A DNA stretch of 63,663 nt, the filler included, from Bigelowiella natans CCMP2755 (Eukaryota > Protista > Cercozoa): the NCBI GenBank assembly GCA_000320545.1. It is 5 parts of 5 records of this genome, joined end to end, with 100 filler letters (N's around TTAATTAATTAA, not from the genome) between each part and the next. Parts side by side here need not be neighbours in the genome. Positions count along the whole stretch, not along the records: positions 36,672 to 48,194 come from ADNK01000459.1; positions 48,295 to 61,706 come from ADNK01000567.1; 3 more parts are not named here. One strand, given 5' to 3'. Under the pieces are notes generated by a model, which worked only from the letters and a program-made list of their open reading frames with translations, made no database searches and had not been told where the DNA came from. This document shows, piece after piece, positions 39,846 to 54,287 of this stretch (position 1 is the stretch's first letter; the number at the start of each line of letters is the position of its first letter). The position numbers and the translations under genes are program-made.

Positions 39846-40652
39846 ATCTAGTTGTATTTGCATATTATCATCATCATCTTCTTCTTCTTCATCCTCATTT
39901 GAGGTGCCATTGACTCGTTGTAGCAGCACCATGATGAGTGTGAGATTCTTACCTCGACTTCGAAGTGCTTTATGAAGTTTTGCGCATCATACTAATTGAT
40001 AGCGGGATGATCATCATCGATGTAAGATTCTCAGCATCTCATTCGTCGTCGTCATCATCATCATCATCTGGCTCGTCAGTTGTGGTGGTGGAATCGCATC
40101 CAAGCAAATGTAAACAGAGTGGATGATAGTGTGAATGGTATGAAGAAGATGAGGAGCAGTAGCAGTAGTAGTAGTAGTAGTAGTAGTAGTAGCAGTGGTA
40201 GCCGTAGACACGAAAGACTGAACAGATGGAACTGAAAAAGCAGCAGCACAGCAGCAATGATCGATTATTGCCTTATTCAAAGGGTCGTGCTCAGTAACCA
40301 GAACCAATTCCATCTCCCTGCGTGCTTCCTCCACGGCCTTCGCGACAACAACAACAACAACAACAACAACATAGCTCACCATATCTGTCACAAGAGGGGG
40401 GCGGTGACACATCGCTGCTGCTTTGCGGAAGGACACAGCTTCAGTCACCTCAACAAGTGTTGCATACATCCCGTTCTTTGCCCTAGTCTCCAACCTATGA
40501 TGATCGTGATTATTATTGATGATGACCACAGAGGAACCCCTCTTTGGGTGCTGCTCATCCTCCAACAAAGAATAACTACGAGTATTCCTTCATCATTCAC
40601 CATCATGCCCAGAAGGTGATGTTTGTTTGTCCTCTTCCTCTTTCAACATATC

Positions 40653-40683
<31 letters not shown>

Positions 40684-41017
40684 CTTCTTTCTTCTTTCTT
40701 CTTGCACACTTGCCTGTCGAACAGAGGCTCCCACAATGCGGCGAAATCGGACCTCTCAGTCAACGTCATCGTGTTTGCACACCACCGGCTGAGCAGACCT
40801 AACAAATAAAACATCAGATGAAGATGCTGCTGCCATGGATTATGTCGTCGTTTCAAGTAGAGTTCTCTTCACCTATCATCGCCTTCCCATTATTATAATC
40901 ATTATTATCATTGTCATTATTATTATTATTATTGTTGTTGTGTTCTTCTTAGACAAACAGAGATCTCATTACTTGGTGCTGCTGGGGTGAGCACCAGTCT
41001 ATTCGTGTATGATGCTT

Positions 41018-41048
<31 letters not shown>

Positions 41049-41079
41049 TACCGAATGTACCCAGACGAATTAGTACACT

Positions 41080-41112
<33 letters not shown>

Positions 41113-41123
41113 TACAGTTGTTC

Positions 41124-41157
<34 letters not shown>

Positions 41158-42486
41158 CACTACTATTACTACTATTACTACCTCGTAGCTTTTTTACTAT
41201 TGGAAGGAACTCTGTTGCAAGCACTTCCTTCTGCAAAAGCAACCACATCATCAAGAAAACAACCGACATATATATGTATGTCGCAGTTTAATAATACTAT
41301 CATCATCATCATCATCATCATCATCGAGATTTCGTCGCAGAACTATTCATCCCTCCCATCTGCAGATTCCAACCTCAACCGCAGCCTCCACCACCACAGC
41401 CACCACTTAGTAAGTAAATGTATGACTCATACATGATCTTCACCATCACCATCATCATCATCATCATCATCATGATCATCATCGTAGCAATAGATCAATG
41501 AGCCTCCTCCCACCTGAAGCACTAAGCCATCATCACCCCTACGAGCTGCTGCGTTCTTAGTCGAAGATGCCCTCAACAGTGAGTGAGCTCGAGTCTTCTT
41601 ATCAGGGGAGAACTCTGCCTTCTGCTTCAGGTGTTTCTTTCAATTCGCCCCGGCCCCCATCCCCGAGAAGAACACAACACCAAGCACACAACATAGGGAG
41701 CATCTCAAAGGTAGCTAGGGAGGTATAAGCGTGTAAGGAAAGAAGGGAAAGACAACACGGCTTGCTGCTGCACGTGCGGCCATCATCACTGGAAGAGAAT
41801 CCATGATCGAGCATGCGAGCAGAATGATAGAAACGAATCACCTGAAGCAACGTCAGAACGCTGCGCTTAACATGATTATCTGTGAATGTTATTGTCGACA
41901 TCTTGTGCTCGCTTGAGGTTTCAAGGGCCTGTTTTTATCAAGTGCCATGTATACCATAAAATGAGGGATTTATCGTGAATAAATCACAATTATCATCCTA
42001 TTCTCCGTACAAGATTACATCACACGACAACACACACACACACACATAGATAAATAATTAGATATAGTGCTGTTTCTTTGCTACCACTACTATTACCTTG
42101 ATGATTTCTGACGCCCCTTCATCGCTCATGAAGTTCCATGTCAAATCAATTGATTTCAACTGGGGGGGGGGGAGGGGGGGGGGGTGGATGACGATCAGAA
42201 GAATAAAGAGCATCAATGATGATGATTACATGGCAGCGATCATGGCGTCAATGTACGGACTACTATGGGAATTATTAGCATATCATTCTAGAATGTCTTA
42301 CATTTGGGCATGTGAGAATCAGATCAGCTAAGAATTTCCCGCTTTCGTCCTTCAGCCGATTTTGACTGTTTAGCGTTGTTGCCACAATAATTCAGAAGTT
42401 TGACTTACTTGCTCTCTTCCCTCTCTCTCTCTCTCTCTCTCTCCCTCCCCCCCCTCTACGCATACATACAGTGCATCATCATGTGT

Positions 42487-42527
<41 letters not shown>

Positions 42528-43400
42528 AGTTTACGACGCTTACCCAAGCGACAAGGACTTTAGATTTGGATGGCTTTTCAGTGAATTCGCGATGTGACTC
42601 AAGCCTTCATCCTCAATCATGTTGCTTTGCAGGTCTGCTCGGAGTGGTAACATAGAAGAGGGATTGCCTCACATTAAAAATGGGGAAACAAACGACGAAG
42701 AGGCCATTGATCAACACGGGGAGAAACGCACGTCTACATCGAGAGAGAGAGAGAGAGAAACGAGTAGTGTTAAGGATGATGATGATGATGACGATGACGA
42801 TGACCTAGGTGTTGCAAGTTTCTGAGCGAATCCGGAGTCGAAAATACCTTGGATAGAATTTCTGCCCCATCCTTTACGATTTTATGCAGACGACGACGAC
42901 AAGTTACTCAGACTACTCAATAAATGAACGGATATACATCATCATCATCATCATCATCATCATCAGCAGCAGCAGAGTGATATTTGTATCCATCATCATC
43001 ATCATCCTCCTCCTCCTCACCGGGCCCAGGCGCTGGTTCTTCTGTCCGGAGAGGTTGAGTGTGTAAACATTCCCACCAGCGTTGGTAAGACTTCTCACTG
43101 ATCATGATCACCAATCGCATGGTGCACAGAAGAAGAAAGACAAGTACATCATGAGACAACGACTCGAACCTTACGATAAATCATAAGACAAAGAGTGATG
43201 ATGATAACATGCTGGTGGTGGCTGCAACAACCTATTGCAGGCAGCTGAATATCTCTCTGTTCTTCGTTCCAGAGCAGCTTTACCTCAAATTGCCCTGGTG
43301 GTGTAATATTCAGATAAAACAGCAGCAGCGAGTTTAGTCGATTTGAGGTGTTTCCAGGGTGGGTTTTTGCATCTGTAAAAACGATCCCGCCGATCCAGCC
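36720..43400 (-). CDS. Large hypothetical multi-exon gene with microsatellite-filled introns; boundaries uncertain
   Basis: Many short minus-strand exon-like segments with AG/GT ends (EKSYQRWWECLHTQPLRT; LLSRWCANTMTLTERSDFAALWEPLFDRQ; GFALLDRLERLEEARYLIASLSE; ORF 41602-41901). No family recognised. Confidence 0.4.
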
Positions 43401-43649
43401 AAGCCACCAACATCACCAACACCACCTTGGATCTGGCGCTCGTATTTCTTATCCAAGTTACATCTCTAATGTGATGAGGGGAGTGAGTTATTTTGAAGCG
43501 AAGATATCATGATGCACACTTGATACATACACATGCTGCTTGCAGCTGGCGTCTTAATAATAATTTTGAGTGTGTCGCTTCGTGCTCCTTCGTGGCGAAG
43601 TACCTGCCTCCCCCCCCCCCCCCCCCTCCATACTCTCAAGTTCAGCTAA

Positions 43650-45222
43650 AAGATGCAATATTCTAGATCTATCTGTAGTTCACCGCTCCATCTGTCAAAC
43701 GACTCTTCCTGAGATCCCTACAGATATCATCATCAACAACAAATATATGCATATCATTCCTCGACATCGAGTTGTTATTTTCCGATATGATCCTTCTATG
43801 CTACTGCAATTGTTCTCCTGCAGTTGAAAAAGATAATAGTGGTACTATACGTGCACTCGTATTGTATTAGTTGATCGAACCTAAGTTCTTCCACAATTCT
43901 CCGCAGATACGATCTCTTCTTTTCTTGAGCCAATCGTCTATTTCTCTCAGCCAACTTTCTTTTCTGTTCAGCCTCTTTTCTCTTTTGGGCATCTTCGACA
44001 ATGGATTTTACAAATTTGGCTAGATCTTTTTTATATCTTACAGCGTCGCGTGGACTAGGTAGTCGCCAATGGAGGGCTTCTTCTTCTTGCGAGTTGTCAC
44101 TAAATAGATTTTGTCGAAAAGTAAACTGTAAGATCTTGCGTTCGAAGTAGTACATTTATAATCGGATGGCCTTTTCGTTGGAGAGCGGGCACCATATGGA
44201 AGAAATCTATCAACGACATGCTTTAATGTACCTCTTCTTCCCTCGTCGCTTCGATGGATTCAGATCCTTATAATAAAGCCAGGTATTCCTAGTAGAATCA
44301 GTGGCATTTCAAGTTCTCTCAACGATCATTCATTGGTTCTTCTCTACTCGAAGATTACCCCACATAAAAACTACCGTACCTCTTGTCGCCATCCTTATAT
44401 CTAACCTTCACTGCCTTTTTCGCGTCTCGAATACACATTTCTTCCACTATGGCGGGATACCTTAAATTACGTATCGGTCGTAGTATGGATCATATTGATT
44501 ACTCGAGGTTACTGCTACTCTTTGAATCTCGGCTTACCACTTGTCGTCACCATCCCAGTACACCTGATTTTCGAGACAATTTTCGGGTCATGTCTTTGGA
44601 TTTACGTTCTCAAACGTCTGAAAATGAGACTTACTTCAACAACAGAGCCTTCCTGAATCTTGGCTAATTCCCGTTTTTTACTATTATTTGGATGCGATGA
44701 TGAGACTATCAACAGGATTTTGTAAAAGGCTTCATGATTAGACCTGGGCTTGTTACGTTGGAGAAGTCGCGGAGGACGATTTTCCTGCCTGAGAGTACAT
44801 CGTAGTGTTATGTGGCTCAATCAGGGAAAGCTATTAGCTGAAACACACCCTTCTTTGTCCCCTCTCCTGTGCCCAAGGAGTGCCATTATTTTTTTCCTTC
44901 TGCGCTCGATTGACAAATCTTCTACCAGTGCAGCAAGGTCCCATCTTACAATAGAAAGTAATTTAGAACAGCAACTTGGATGGACGTAGTATTGACTAGC
45001 TTACTTCTTTGTGTCGCGAAATAAATATAATTCCCGAGTCGCTGATCGGTCCAAGTTGCGTAACTCCAAGAAGTATTCCTGACCCAAACTCTGGTCTAGT
45101 TCCTCTTGAGAGTGGATGAAAATCTACCGAAAACATACATGGAGTGCAGACTTATCTTCCCAAAATGAGGTGATATTAAACACATTCCCTACCGGTGCTT
45201 CTCGCTTTCTCCGCCTCCGCAT
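43650..45222 (-). CDS. Protein with a Tudor-like domain, multi-exon with short introns; 3' end approximate
   Basis: Spliced path MRRRRKREAP|IFIHSQEELDQSLGQEYFLELRNL...|...ELAKIQEGSVVE|VYWDGDDKW|YPAIVEE. GSVVEVYWxxDxxWYxAxV is a Tudor/Agenet-type aromatic motif. A coiled-coil exon lies at ~43850-44155. Confidence 0.55.
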
Positions 45223-45954
45223 GATGCTCTTCTGTTTGACGCTTCGCCTTCAGGACAAAACCCTTGTGTACTATTTTCAAGTGAGAACTCTCGCTGGCTA
45301 TTCCGGCAGATGGTTTGGCGTCACTATCACTCAGCCCATTTGGCTTTTAATTCGTCTTGCCAACCCACACAACTTTCACCATGCCTTTGCTTCTGTATTG
45401 AAAGCGAGCCGAGAATTTAATTCTTCAGATACAACAAGGGAACTGATCAACACCGCCCACAGGGAAAACCCGTCAGGCTGCTTATCCTACGACATCAGCA
45501 TATCGTGCCGCACAAGAGGAACCTTCGGTGTTTCCGCGCCGTAAAAAAAATATGCTGAAGTGGCCTGCGCTGAGAGATGTGCTCACATATTTTGCCGAAA
45601 AAGAAAGATGGGGGAAAGGGTTGTGAAGCCGAAGAAATAACTTAATTCTGCGGCAAAAAGAAATGATAAAATAACAAAGCGGCAAGATCAAGGAGGACGT
45701 CGGCTCAACGGACCCGACAGCAGATTCGAATGCCCGTGCGAGGAGAGGAGGAGGGAGAGCGCAATGCACACTGTCGTTTAGCAGCGTGATGGATGCACTG
45801 GACTTCACTGCCTGCGTACGTCCGTAGAAACAAGGTCAGCCATTGTGTGTATGCTGGATTGCACGAATTTGACCAGAGTTCCTAAGAAGACAATCATTTA
45901 TCAACCCAGGTGCGATGTTTCGTGGTGCTGCAAACGGTTCTCATGCATCTTGTA

Positions 45955-48190
45955 ATGGCGGATCAAGGCAGAGACTCGGCCCCATTGGCACAAGTGCTCT
46001 TTCAATCTTACAACAACGAACAGCGTAACCATGGCGAACTCGCAGTGAAAGAGACAATTGGTTACCGTGAGCACCGCCAGACAAATAATACAGGGAATGT
46101 ACAACGAAGGAGGATCAGACCTATCTCTATACATAATTACGAGAAGAGCAAAAACGAGGAGGCGAGGCAGTTTCAGTCAAGCATTAATGAAGGGTCATCA
46201 TCGAACTCCATACCCCCAGGCTGGAACAACACCACGCAGCTGCATTTGGGGGCAAACAAAGAGGAGCACACTCAAAAGCACCATAACCCACCTTCGAGCT
46301 CCAAACAAAAGCCTCCCAGATTCAACGAAACCGCATTTTATTTCAAGCTGGCGAAACAAGTATTGAGCATGGCTGAAATCTTGTGCACTTGAAACTGGTT
46401 CCACACACAATCCAGATGACATTACTACTTCTTACGTGTTGTTATTGTTGTTGTTGTTTCCCTTCATAATTCACAGGTCGAGCTAAGTTCACGACGGTAC
46501 GTTAATGAGGTCAGGAGGGAGGCCAGACGGTTGGGCCGTCGGCCCTACAGCGGATATGATGACGGAGAGGGCTTTATCGACGACTCGGAGCTCCTATTTC
46601 ACAACCATGAAGCAAATTGCTTGGATTCAGTATTTAATGAGATGCAGAAAATAGAGGATCCAGTTCAGCGTTCTCCTAACACATCCGATTCTGCCAATAA
46701 ACAAGTCGGAGATGGACACGACGAGATCGACAAGCATGTGAGACGCTCATACGATTCTGTTGACTTTGATGAGAGAAAAAACAGTTGCGACGAGGAGGAC
46801 GGAGCCACAACAGATGTTGCTGAACAACGGCAAAAGTCATGGAAAGCCTTCACAAATGGTTTGATCAAGTTGCCTGAAGCAGTAGCACATGCGGTCAAGA
46901 AACTTAGGGATAGGATGCAACAAAGCGCAATGATGATATCGCAAGGAAATGGGGAGAATGAAGACCGCTTAGCAAGTCTTGAGCGTTTCCAAACAGAAGT
47001 AGCTGACCTTGTGGAGTTGTGCTCAAGACCAAGCCACAAGTTGATTCACTTGAAGTCCCCGAGCAGTCAGAATGCTATAAGCCAATCAAAAGAGCAGCAG
47101 GAACATGGTAGTAGGAAAACAAGAGGAGGAGGAGGAAAAATCGATAGTTAACATGAATGACTTTTTCCGCTGCTGCTGCTATGGTGTCACGATACTACTC
47201 TTCGTTTATGGATCTTATCATTCACCGCCCTAAACTTAGAACTATATTTTGTTTATACAATGAGGTGGTGTGCGGGGAGCGATGGATGGTGAAGAGCATA
47301 GCAATGATGATAGTGTGGTGAACAACGCCTCCAGGTTTCATTGTCCGAAAGAGAAAAATGTGTTTTTTTGAAAAGTCTATCTCTTTCAGAATTCGAAAGT
47401 TGTCATTCATCTTTCCTTCTTCCTTTTCATAGTTATCATCATCGTCGCCGTCGTCGTCGTCGTCGTCATTTTTGGCTTGTCATCCAACATTCATCTCCCA
47501 TCGCAGTATTATTATTAGCATTCTTAGCATTATTATTGTTATTATTGTGATTATGTGTTCTAACCAAAAGCTTTTTATCGTCGTCTACTAACTCGCTCAT
47601 GACGACGAAGTAACTTACACCTTTGCAACGATGATAATACCAAAGGCTGAAGATTCCCAACGGCAGCAGCAGCTCCCGCAGATTCAAGATTCTGAACCAG
47701 AGGAGAAGCGCCTTAGTCATCGAGAAGTCCCTATGGGCGACCCTGCGGACTTTCCTTCCGCGAAAGAAAAGGCTACAGGTGCAAAGGGTATTTCACAGTA
47801 TCTTCTGGACGCGGACGTACGAGCAGCGTCTCAACCACTCTGCCCATCTGATGCATCAGCTCCGTCTGAAACTTGCAGATCGGATAATGAGGAAAACCCA
47901 GCAGGAAGGAAACGACGATGGGCAGCAGCAGCAGCAGCAGCAAGTGCCCTTTATGAGTAGTAGTAGTAGTAGTAGCAGCAGCAGCTTCAGAAGCACGGGT
48001 AGCGGAACGACGAATGTGAAAACGCAAAGTATCTTCAAAGCGATTGACTCTGGTAAGTTTAACACTGAGGCCCTGCTAAGGCTATTAGAGCAACAAGGTC
48101 TCGGAAGAGCAGCAGCAGCAGCAGCCTCTGGTACCAGCACTTTCATGCAATACACATACACACACACGTACGCACGCTCGCGCCCCCCCC
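45955..48190 (+). CDS. HPC2/ubinuclein-like (HRD/HUN motif) histone-chaperone subunit, multi-exon, 3'-truncated at the gap
   Basis: Exon 2 contains YSGYDDGEGFIDDSEL, matching the HRD motif GYDxxDxFIDxSE of UBN1/Hpc2, within an otherwise disordered protein. Confidence 0.6.
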
Positions 48191-48194
48191 CCCC

Positions 48195-48294
48195 NNNNNN
48201 NNNNNNNNNNNNNNNNNNNNNNNNNNNNNNNNNNNNNNTTAATTAATTAANNNNNNNNNNNNNNNNNNNNNNNNNNNNNNNNNNNNNNNNNNNN
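48195..48294. other. Assembly gap linker
   Basis: N44-TTAATTAATTAA-N44. Confidence 0.97.
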
Positions 48295-48469
48295 CGAATT
48301 TCCCTCGAAAAAACTTTTGCCTTTTTACGGCGCCCAAACACCACAAAAAAAAAAAAAAAAAAAGGGGGGGGGGGGGGGGGGGGGAACGAAGAGACAACAT
48401 CCATAATTTCCATGTCACATCAACCTGTTTGAACATTCATTGCAGGCATGTAGACAAAAGGCGAAGCGC

Positions 48470-49362
48470 ACCGTATCGCTGCCACCGTCTCCTTCGCATC
48501 TGGGATGTTTGTTCCTATGATCCCGCTTGGGCCTACGACCGACCGTTAAGGAGCAGCAGCAGCAGCAGTATTTAGTAGTAGTAGTTGTTAAGTGTGCGTG
48601 TGGAAATTAGATGAGGTGAAACAACACCACACTCTAAGTGTTTGAGAAGAACGCTACACAAGCAAGAGACAGCAGGATTTTTACTTCATAATACACTGAG
48701 ACACACATGGAAATAAACAGATAAGTGTAAGATAGTGCAATGTCAAAATGAGCATTTGCCAAGACCTCTCTTGAGCCACCCTGCCACGTATAGCCCTGGT
48801 ATTATAGACGGTGTCGCTGCTGGTACTCCGTCGCGATCATCATCATCCTACAAATAGTATAGCAATAACTAATCAACTGTAACAGTTAAATGGGGGAGGA
48901 TAGCGAGCAATTTTCCTTCCCATTTCATCATCGTCTTGATCATCACCACCACTATCATTTAGAAGAGTTCTGTGGGGATATATCTGCAACTGTTGATTTG
49001 ATTGCTGCTCGCATTGCTAAGCCGATATATAATACCGGGAGGGCCACGACTCGCCCCTGTACTGAAGGCACCGTGTGCGAATTCGGGTCGAAGCTGACGT
49101 CTACAAGCATATCGATCACGTTACTACGAAGACTATCAAGCTCTGTATCTTATTCCCCTTTTCCGGGTTGTTGTTGTTGTTGTTGTTGTTGTTGTTCTTT
49201 GCCTCGTTCTTACTCTCTCCTCTACTACCTTCGATTCCATACGACTTGTAGCCCACAGACGTCAACACTAGATCGGCCTCAATTATGACCTGAATCAAGA
49301 GGAGGAAGAGTTGGAAGGAGGGAGAGAGCTGACTAAGAGGATCATGGTAAGAAGGAAGCAAG

Positions 49363-49394
<32 letters not shown>

Positions 49395-50482
49395 TAATGT
49401 ACCCTCTCCCCCGTGTCAATGGCCTTCTGTCTTCCAGCGGCTCCTTCAGTAGTTCACGGGAGAAAATTAGTTCTGATACCATCGCCACACCCCCCCCCTC
49501 CCCATCGTATGCCACATCTTATAAACCTTCTAGCTGTGTGACAGCGCACTCCACTGCGCGAGCCTGCCCCCCTCCCTCCTCGGAAGGCAGTATGGCCACA
49601 GGACTCAGGAAAAAACGGATGTGCAGACGGCGCCTGATTATCGTTGTGAGAGTTGGTACTGGGAAGGAAGAGAAGCGAAGGCCTCTTTACACTATCATCG
49701 TTGCCGATGCAAGGAAATAATGGCTGGTGCAGGTTTGACTAGGAGAAACACCGTACAGGGACTTCCTAGACGGGCAGAATCAACACTACCGGGTTTCCTC
49801 TTCGGCGTTGACCTTTTCTTCTTGCGCCGCTACGGATTTCATCAACTCGAATTTACGTTTTGCAGGGCGTGACGACGAAATCTAAGGACCACAAAGAACA
49901 GAAAGAACAGCAGCAACAATAACAACAACAACAACGAGTACAAGCACACACACACACATGGAATAAAGGACAATTACTATCGCTCAGTGAAGTGTGTTGT
50001 CAATTCTTATTCTTTGTATACAATGGAAGGAGGGGGAGATGATGAAAGCACGCAACTATACTACACTACACAACAGCGAGCAGATCTACAATCATCATTA
50101 TTAGCATCATCATCTTCTTCTCCATCATTATTATCAGACTCAATCAGGATTGATGCTGCTTATTGCTCTCAACTCTCTCTCTTCTTCTCCCTCCGCTATT
50201 AGCGCGCCGCATGATGATATTACCTCTTCCAGCGTCGAGGGATTAGAGCCCTTCTCAATATCCGCTGCGTATGACAGGAAGGAAGGGGGGGGGGGGAGGG
50301 AGGAGGATTAGAGGAAAGAAGGCGAAAAGGCAACAAGTTCCGCCAAATATAAGGAGACTCAACAATCATAACGAGATCGATGTAATGAGCAATATCTTCT
50401 ATATGAAGCTTTTCTCTTCCTCCCCCCCTCCTCCCTTTCCTCCTTTTCTATTCTCAGCTTTCGTTCAACTCCCAATTACTAC

Positions 50483-50513
<31 letters not shown>

Positions 50514-50899
50514 CCCCCCCCTCTCATTGTTGCTGCTGCTGCTTTGTTCCCTACTAACCGACCTGGGCTGATAACGCAGGCTACTCCGTCAAGCTTGGTG
50601 AGTTCTCGCAACTGTGATGACAAATACGTTTGTATCATTATTCTCTCTCTCTCTCTCTCTCACTCTCTCACTCTTAAGCGGTAGCACCGTTAAACGATGA
50701 AAGATGATCCCTCAAATCGGTACTACTTCTTGACCTTGTTATATTCCAGGAATGCAGTCATGGTTCTCCATACCAACTACAACACGCAACGATGCTCTTG
50801 CTGTTGCTGCTACTGCTGCTGCCGGGGGTTGTCATCGTCGCAGGACAACGACAACTGCCATTCTCTTCCTCCTCCACCAATTCTCTCTCCCCCATACAC

Positions 50900-50942
<43 letters not shown>

Positions 50943-51071
50943 CCACCACCACCAGCAGCAGCAGCAGCAGCAGCACCTCTTTGATCGTGAATGCTGATTG
51001 TGCAGGCCCTCGTCTCCCGAGAACCGACACGTCACTGGCAAACAAACAAACAGACAAATAAGCAAACAAAT

Positions 51072-51113
<42 letters not shown>

Positions 51114-51281
51114 CCAAGAATTGCTTGCTCTAGAGAAGAAGAAAGGGTAAAGGAGAATAAGGGAAGAACACGGGCTACATTGGGAGTATTCTTCGACTCT
51201 CCTCCTCACAGCACAACAACGCACCTTACAGTAGACTTGTCCAGAGCATCAAGAGCGTGCTGGCATATGTCCTGCAAAATT

Positions 51282-51325
<44 letters not shown>

Positions 51326-51667
51326 AGATTATGCATGTATTATTGATATATTTGTGTTTTCATTTCGAGTGAGCCTAAATTAAAGAATGACACAGCTTGC
51401 ATTCAAATTAAGCACCCCAACAGCGAGTACAGCGAGCACAGTAGCAGCAACAGCAGCAGCAGCAGCAGCAGCAGCGCAAAGAGCTGACACGCTTCTGAAG
51501 AGCAAAAGGGTCAAGGAATATCTCCATGTTCGGTACGAGCATACCGCACAATGAAAGATCTTTACTTTTAAACTAATGCCCCAAAGCCATGCAGAAGTAC
51601 CGAGGTCTTGAGTTTGTCTGTGGAGCTCAGGATGATACGAGAGACATCGATCGCCACGTTTCCTTGT

Positions 51668-51704
<37 letters not shown>

Positions 51705-52789
51705 TCTCATAAAATATTTCCACGAAATATGGGGCGCAATATGGGTCGCGATGCGCCAATCGAGCCGTTGTCCAGTTTACGGGTAGGCACACCATATTCT
51801 TCCTCGCTCATGATGGAGAGCTCCTTCGTGTATTTCTCAATCAAGACACGCAAAAATGGGAAGCTACTAATGGCGAAGAACGCTGTTGAAATGCGACCAG
51901 GACCGTGACCGAACATGTACTTCAGAAAGAAAACAGATGCACGCTGTTCCGATGATACAAGAACGTTTGAAAGGCTCTCCTCCTTCTCTTCCTCCTCCTT
52001 CTTACCGATAACTACACAGGAGGCGGATCTTGTCAGCAATGACTACGCACACCATCACCACAAACAATACCAACGGTAATAAAAGCAGAAGAAGAAGAAT
52101 AAGAAGAAGAAGAAGAAGAGGAGAGAAAAGAGACAAGAACATAAAAAGAATTAGTTGTTGTCAGATCCTGTTGCAAGCTAATACGATAACAATATGACAT
52201 CAATATGCGGCCGGTCTAGAATCGCCTCAACCTCCTTTTCTCCTTAACGCTGCTACTGCTGCTGCTGCTACTACTACTACCTCGAAGTCCTTCTCTACAT
52301 AGTCCTGATGATGACGATGATGATGATAAAAACGACAATAACAAAATAAATTTTACCACACAATTTCACCCGTAACGCATATCTTCGCCAAGCACAGAAA
52401 AGAATACTTTTCATAAACTATCCCCATGCAAAGGCAATTTCTTCTCTAGAGAGGGGGGGGGGGGGGAATGCTGCGCATATCGCGACACAAGATTTCTCTG
52501 CATTTTGCTACGATGCCGCCATGCCTCTTCACATTATGAGAATGGTAATGATAATGATAATAATGATGATGATAATAAATGATGCTATCTTAGCACGATG
52601 ATATGTTGCGGTTTTTCTTACCGGATGGCCGTTATACCAGTTCACAAACTCTCGCGCTGAATGCACCTTCGAGAATAATAGGGGGGAGATACGACAAGAA
52701 GAGGAAGGGGGCCGGGGGAAGAAAACGAGGGGACAAATATATGTGTAAAAAATATTCTATTTTGTGGGTATATTTCCTGTTTGATGGTT

Positions 52790-52829
<40 letters not shown>

Positions 52830-53041
52830 CAATCATAATGATTTGCCAAAGAACCAAAGCTTTTTATCATGGTAGCTGTTGCTCTGGCCGTGTCTCCATG
52901 TTTGATCATATTGGGTTGCGGAGAACGAATAATCGAGGTACCCCGTCTAAATTCTCGCCAGGAATGCCAAGCTTTCTATCCCCGGAGGCCCCTAGCAGTT
53001 ATTCGTCGCAGTAAATATAGATCATAATCACATATGTATTA

Positions 53042-53088
<47 letters not shown>

Positions 53089-54287
53089 TGGGAGGAGGAA
53101 TACCATAGGCCAAAACAACTGCATCGTACGCAGATTGAAGGGTGTTCAAGGACACGTCCGTCCCCACCTATCGATCAAAGCAATGAGTTCCTGGAATGAT
53201 ATATGTATGCAAATACAACCGCCGATTCCCCATGCAGAAGAACAACTACTACTAATAATAATACTATTTCCCAACGCACCTCGAGATTGCCGTAGAAGGA
53301 GCACCTTGGATGGTCAAGCGTGGCCGAGAAATCCGCCATGCAGCTCTTCATCATATGTGGTTAGCAGTGGTGGTGGTGTTTACTAAAAAGCTCGGATTTT
53401 GGTGATAGTAATAATCATGTGTGTGTGTGTGCGTGTGTGTGGAAGATGAGATGTTTACATCGAGCCATGTGCTCATGATGACACTGATGATCAAGTAGCA
53501 GAATGAGTCGTAGCTCCCCTCCCTCCTCCTCCTCCTCCTCCTCCTCACCCCTCACCACCTTTGTGCTCTCATGATCTGGGGCTACGCCTGGTGGATGTGG
53601 ATGGAAGTAAGGGAGTTTGCTGCTGTTCTCCGGTATCATACTATTACTATCACCACTACTACTACTACTACAACTACAACTACTTCTGTGGTAACTTGCT
53701 TTGTTCTGCATGGAATCGCATGCTGCGTTTTAAGTACCGGAGCGGACGAGGCCATATGGAGTAGGCAAACGATCGATTATGGTCACGTGCATGTTGTCCT
53801 TGAGAAGAAAGTGGAAGACAAAGCATCACATCCCGCACACACAACTATCTACGCTGGTGGAGAAATGGCAGCAAGAGATTATACAGAGTAATATAATTTG
53901 AAGATGTGCTTAATACTTAAGACTCACGTGCACAAACACACACACACACACACGCTCCTACTACCTCCTTGAGAAGATACTTGGCTGTGTAAAATCCAGA
54001 TGGTCCTGCTCCAACAATGCAAATGCGCGTTTCGGTGCTTCCGTCACCCCCACTCATCGATGAAAAGAGCTATATTATCAACGAGCAATGTCCATCAGCA
54101 ATTCAAATTCGATCAACGGGAAGGCAAGTGTGGAGGAATTTTTGTGACGTGCCATGCGAAGCTTTCTTGCACGCGTTCGGTGCAATAAAAGAGAATCAAA
54201 ATCTTCTGAAACGACCACCTGAGATTCCCGTGATATCACTGTTAACGGGTTCAATCGACAGATTCTCGGTCCTGAGAAAAAGGACAT
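48470..54287 (-). CDS. FDXR: NADPH:adrenodoxin (ferredoxin) oxidoreductase, mitochondrial type, multi-exon, 3'-truncated near the gap
   Basis: Exons in order: RICIVGAGPSGFYTAKYLLKE, IIDRLPTPYGLVRS|GVAPDH, GQGNVAIDVSRII, DICQHALDAL, GRRGPAQSAFTIKE|LRELTKL, FFLSPVAI, IEADLVLTSVGYKS, PGLYVAGWLKR|GPSGIIGTNIPDAKET. Start at 54287 is inferred. Confidence 0.92.
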
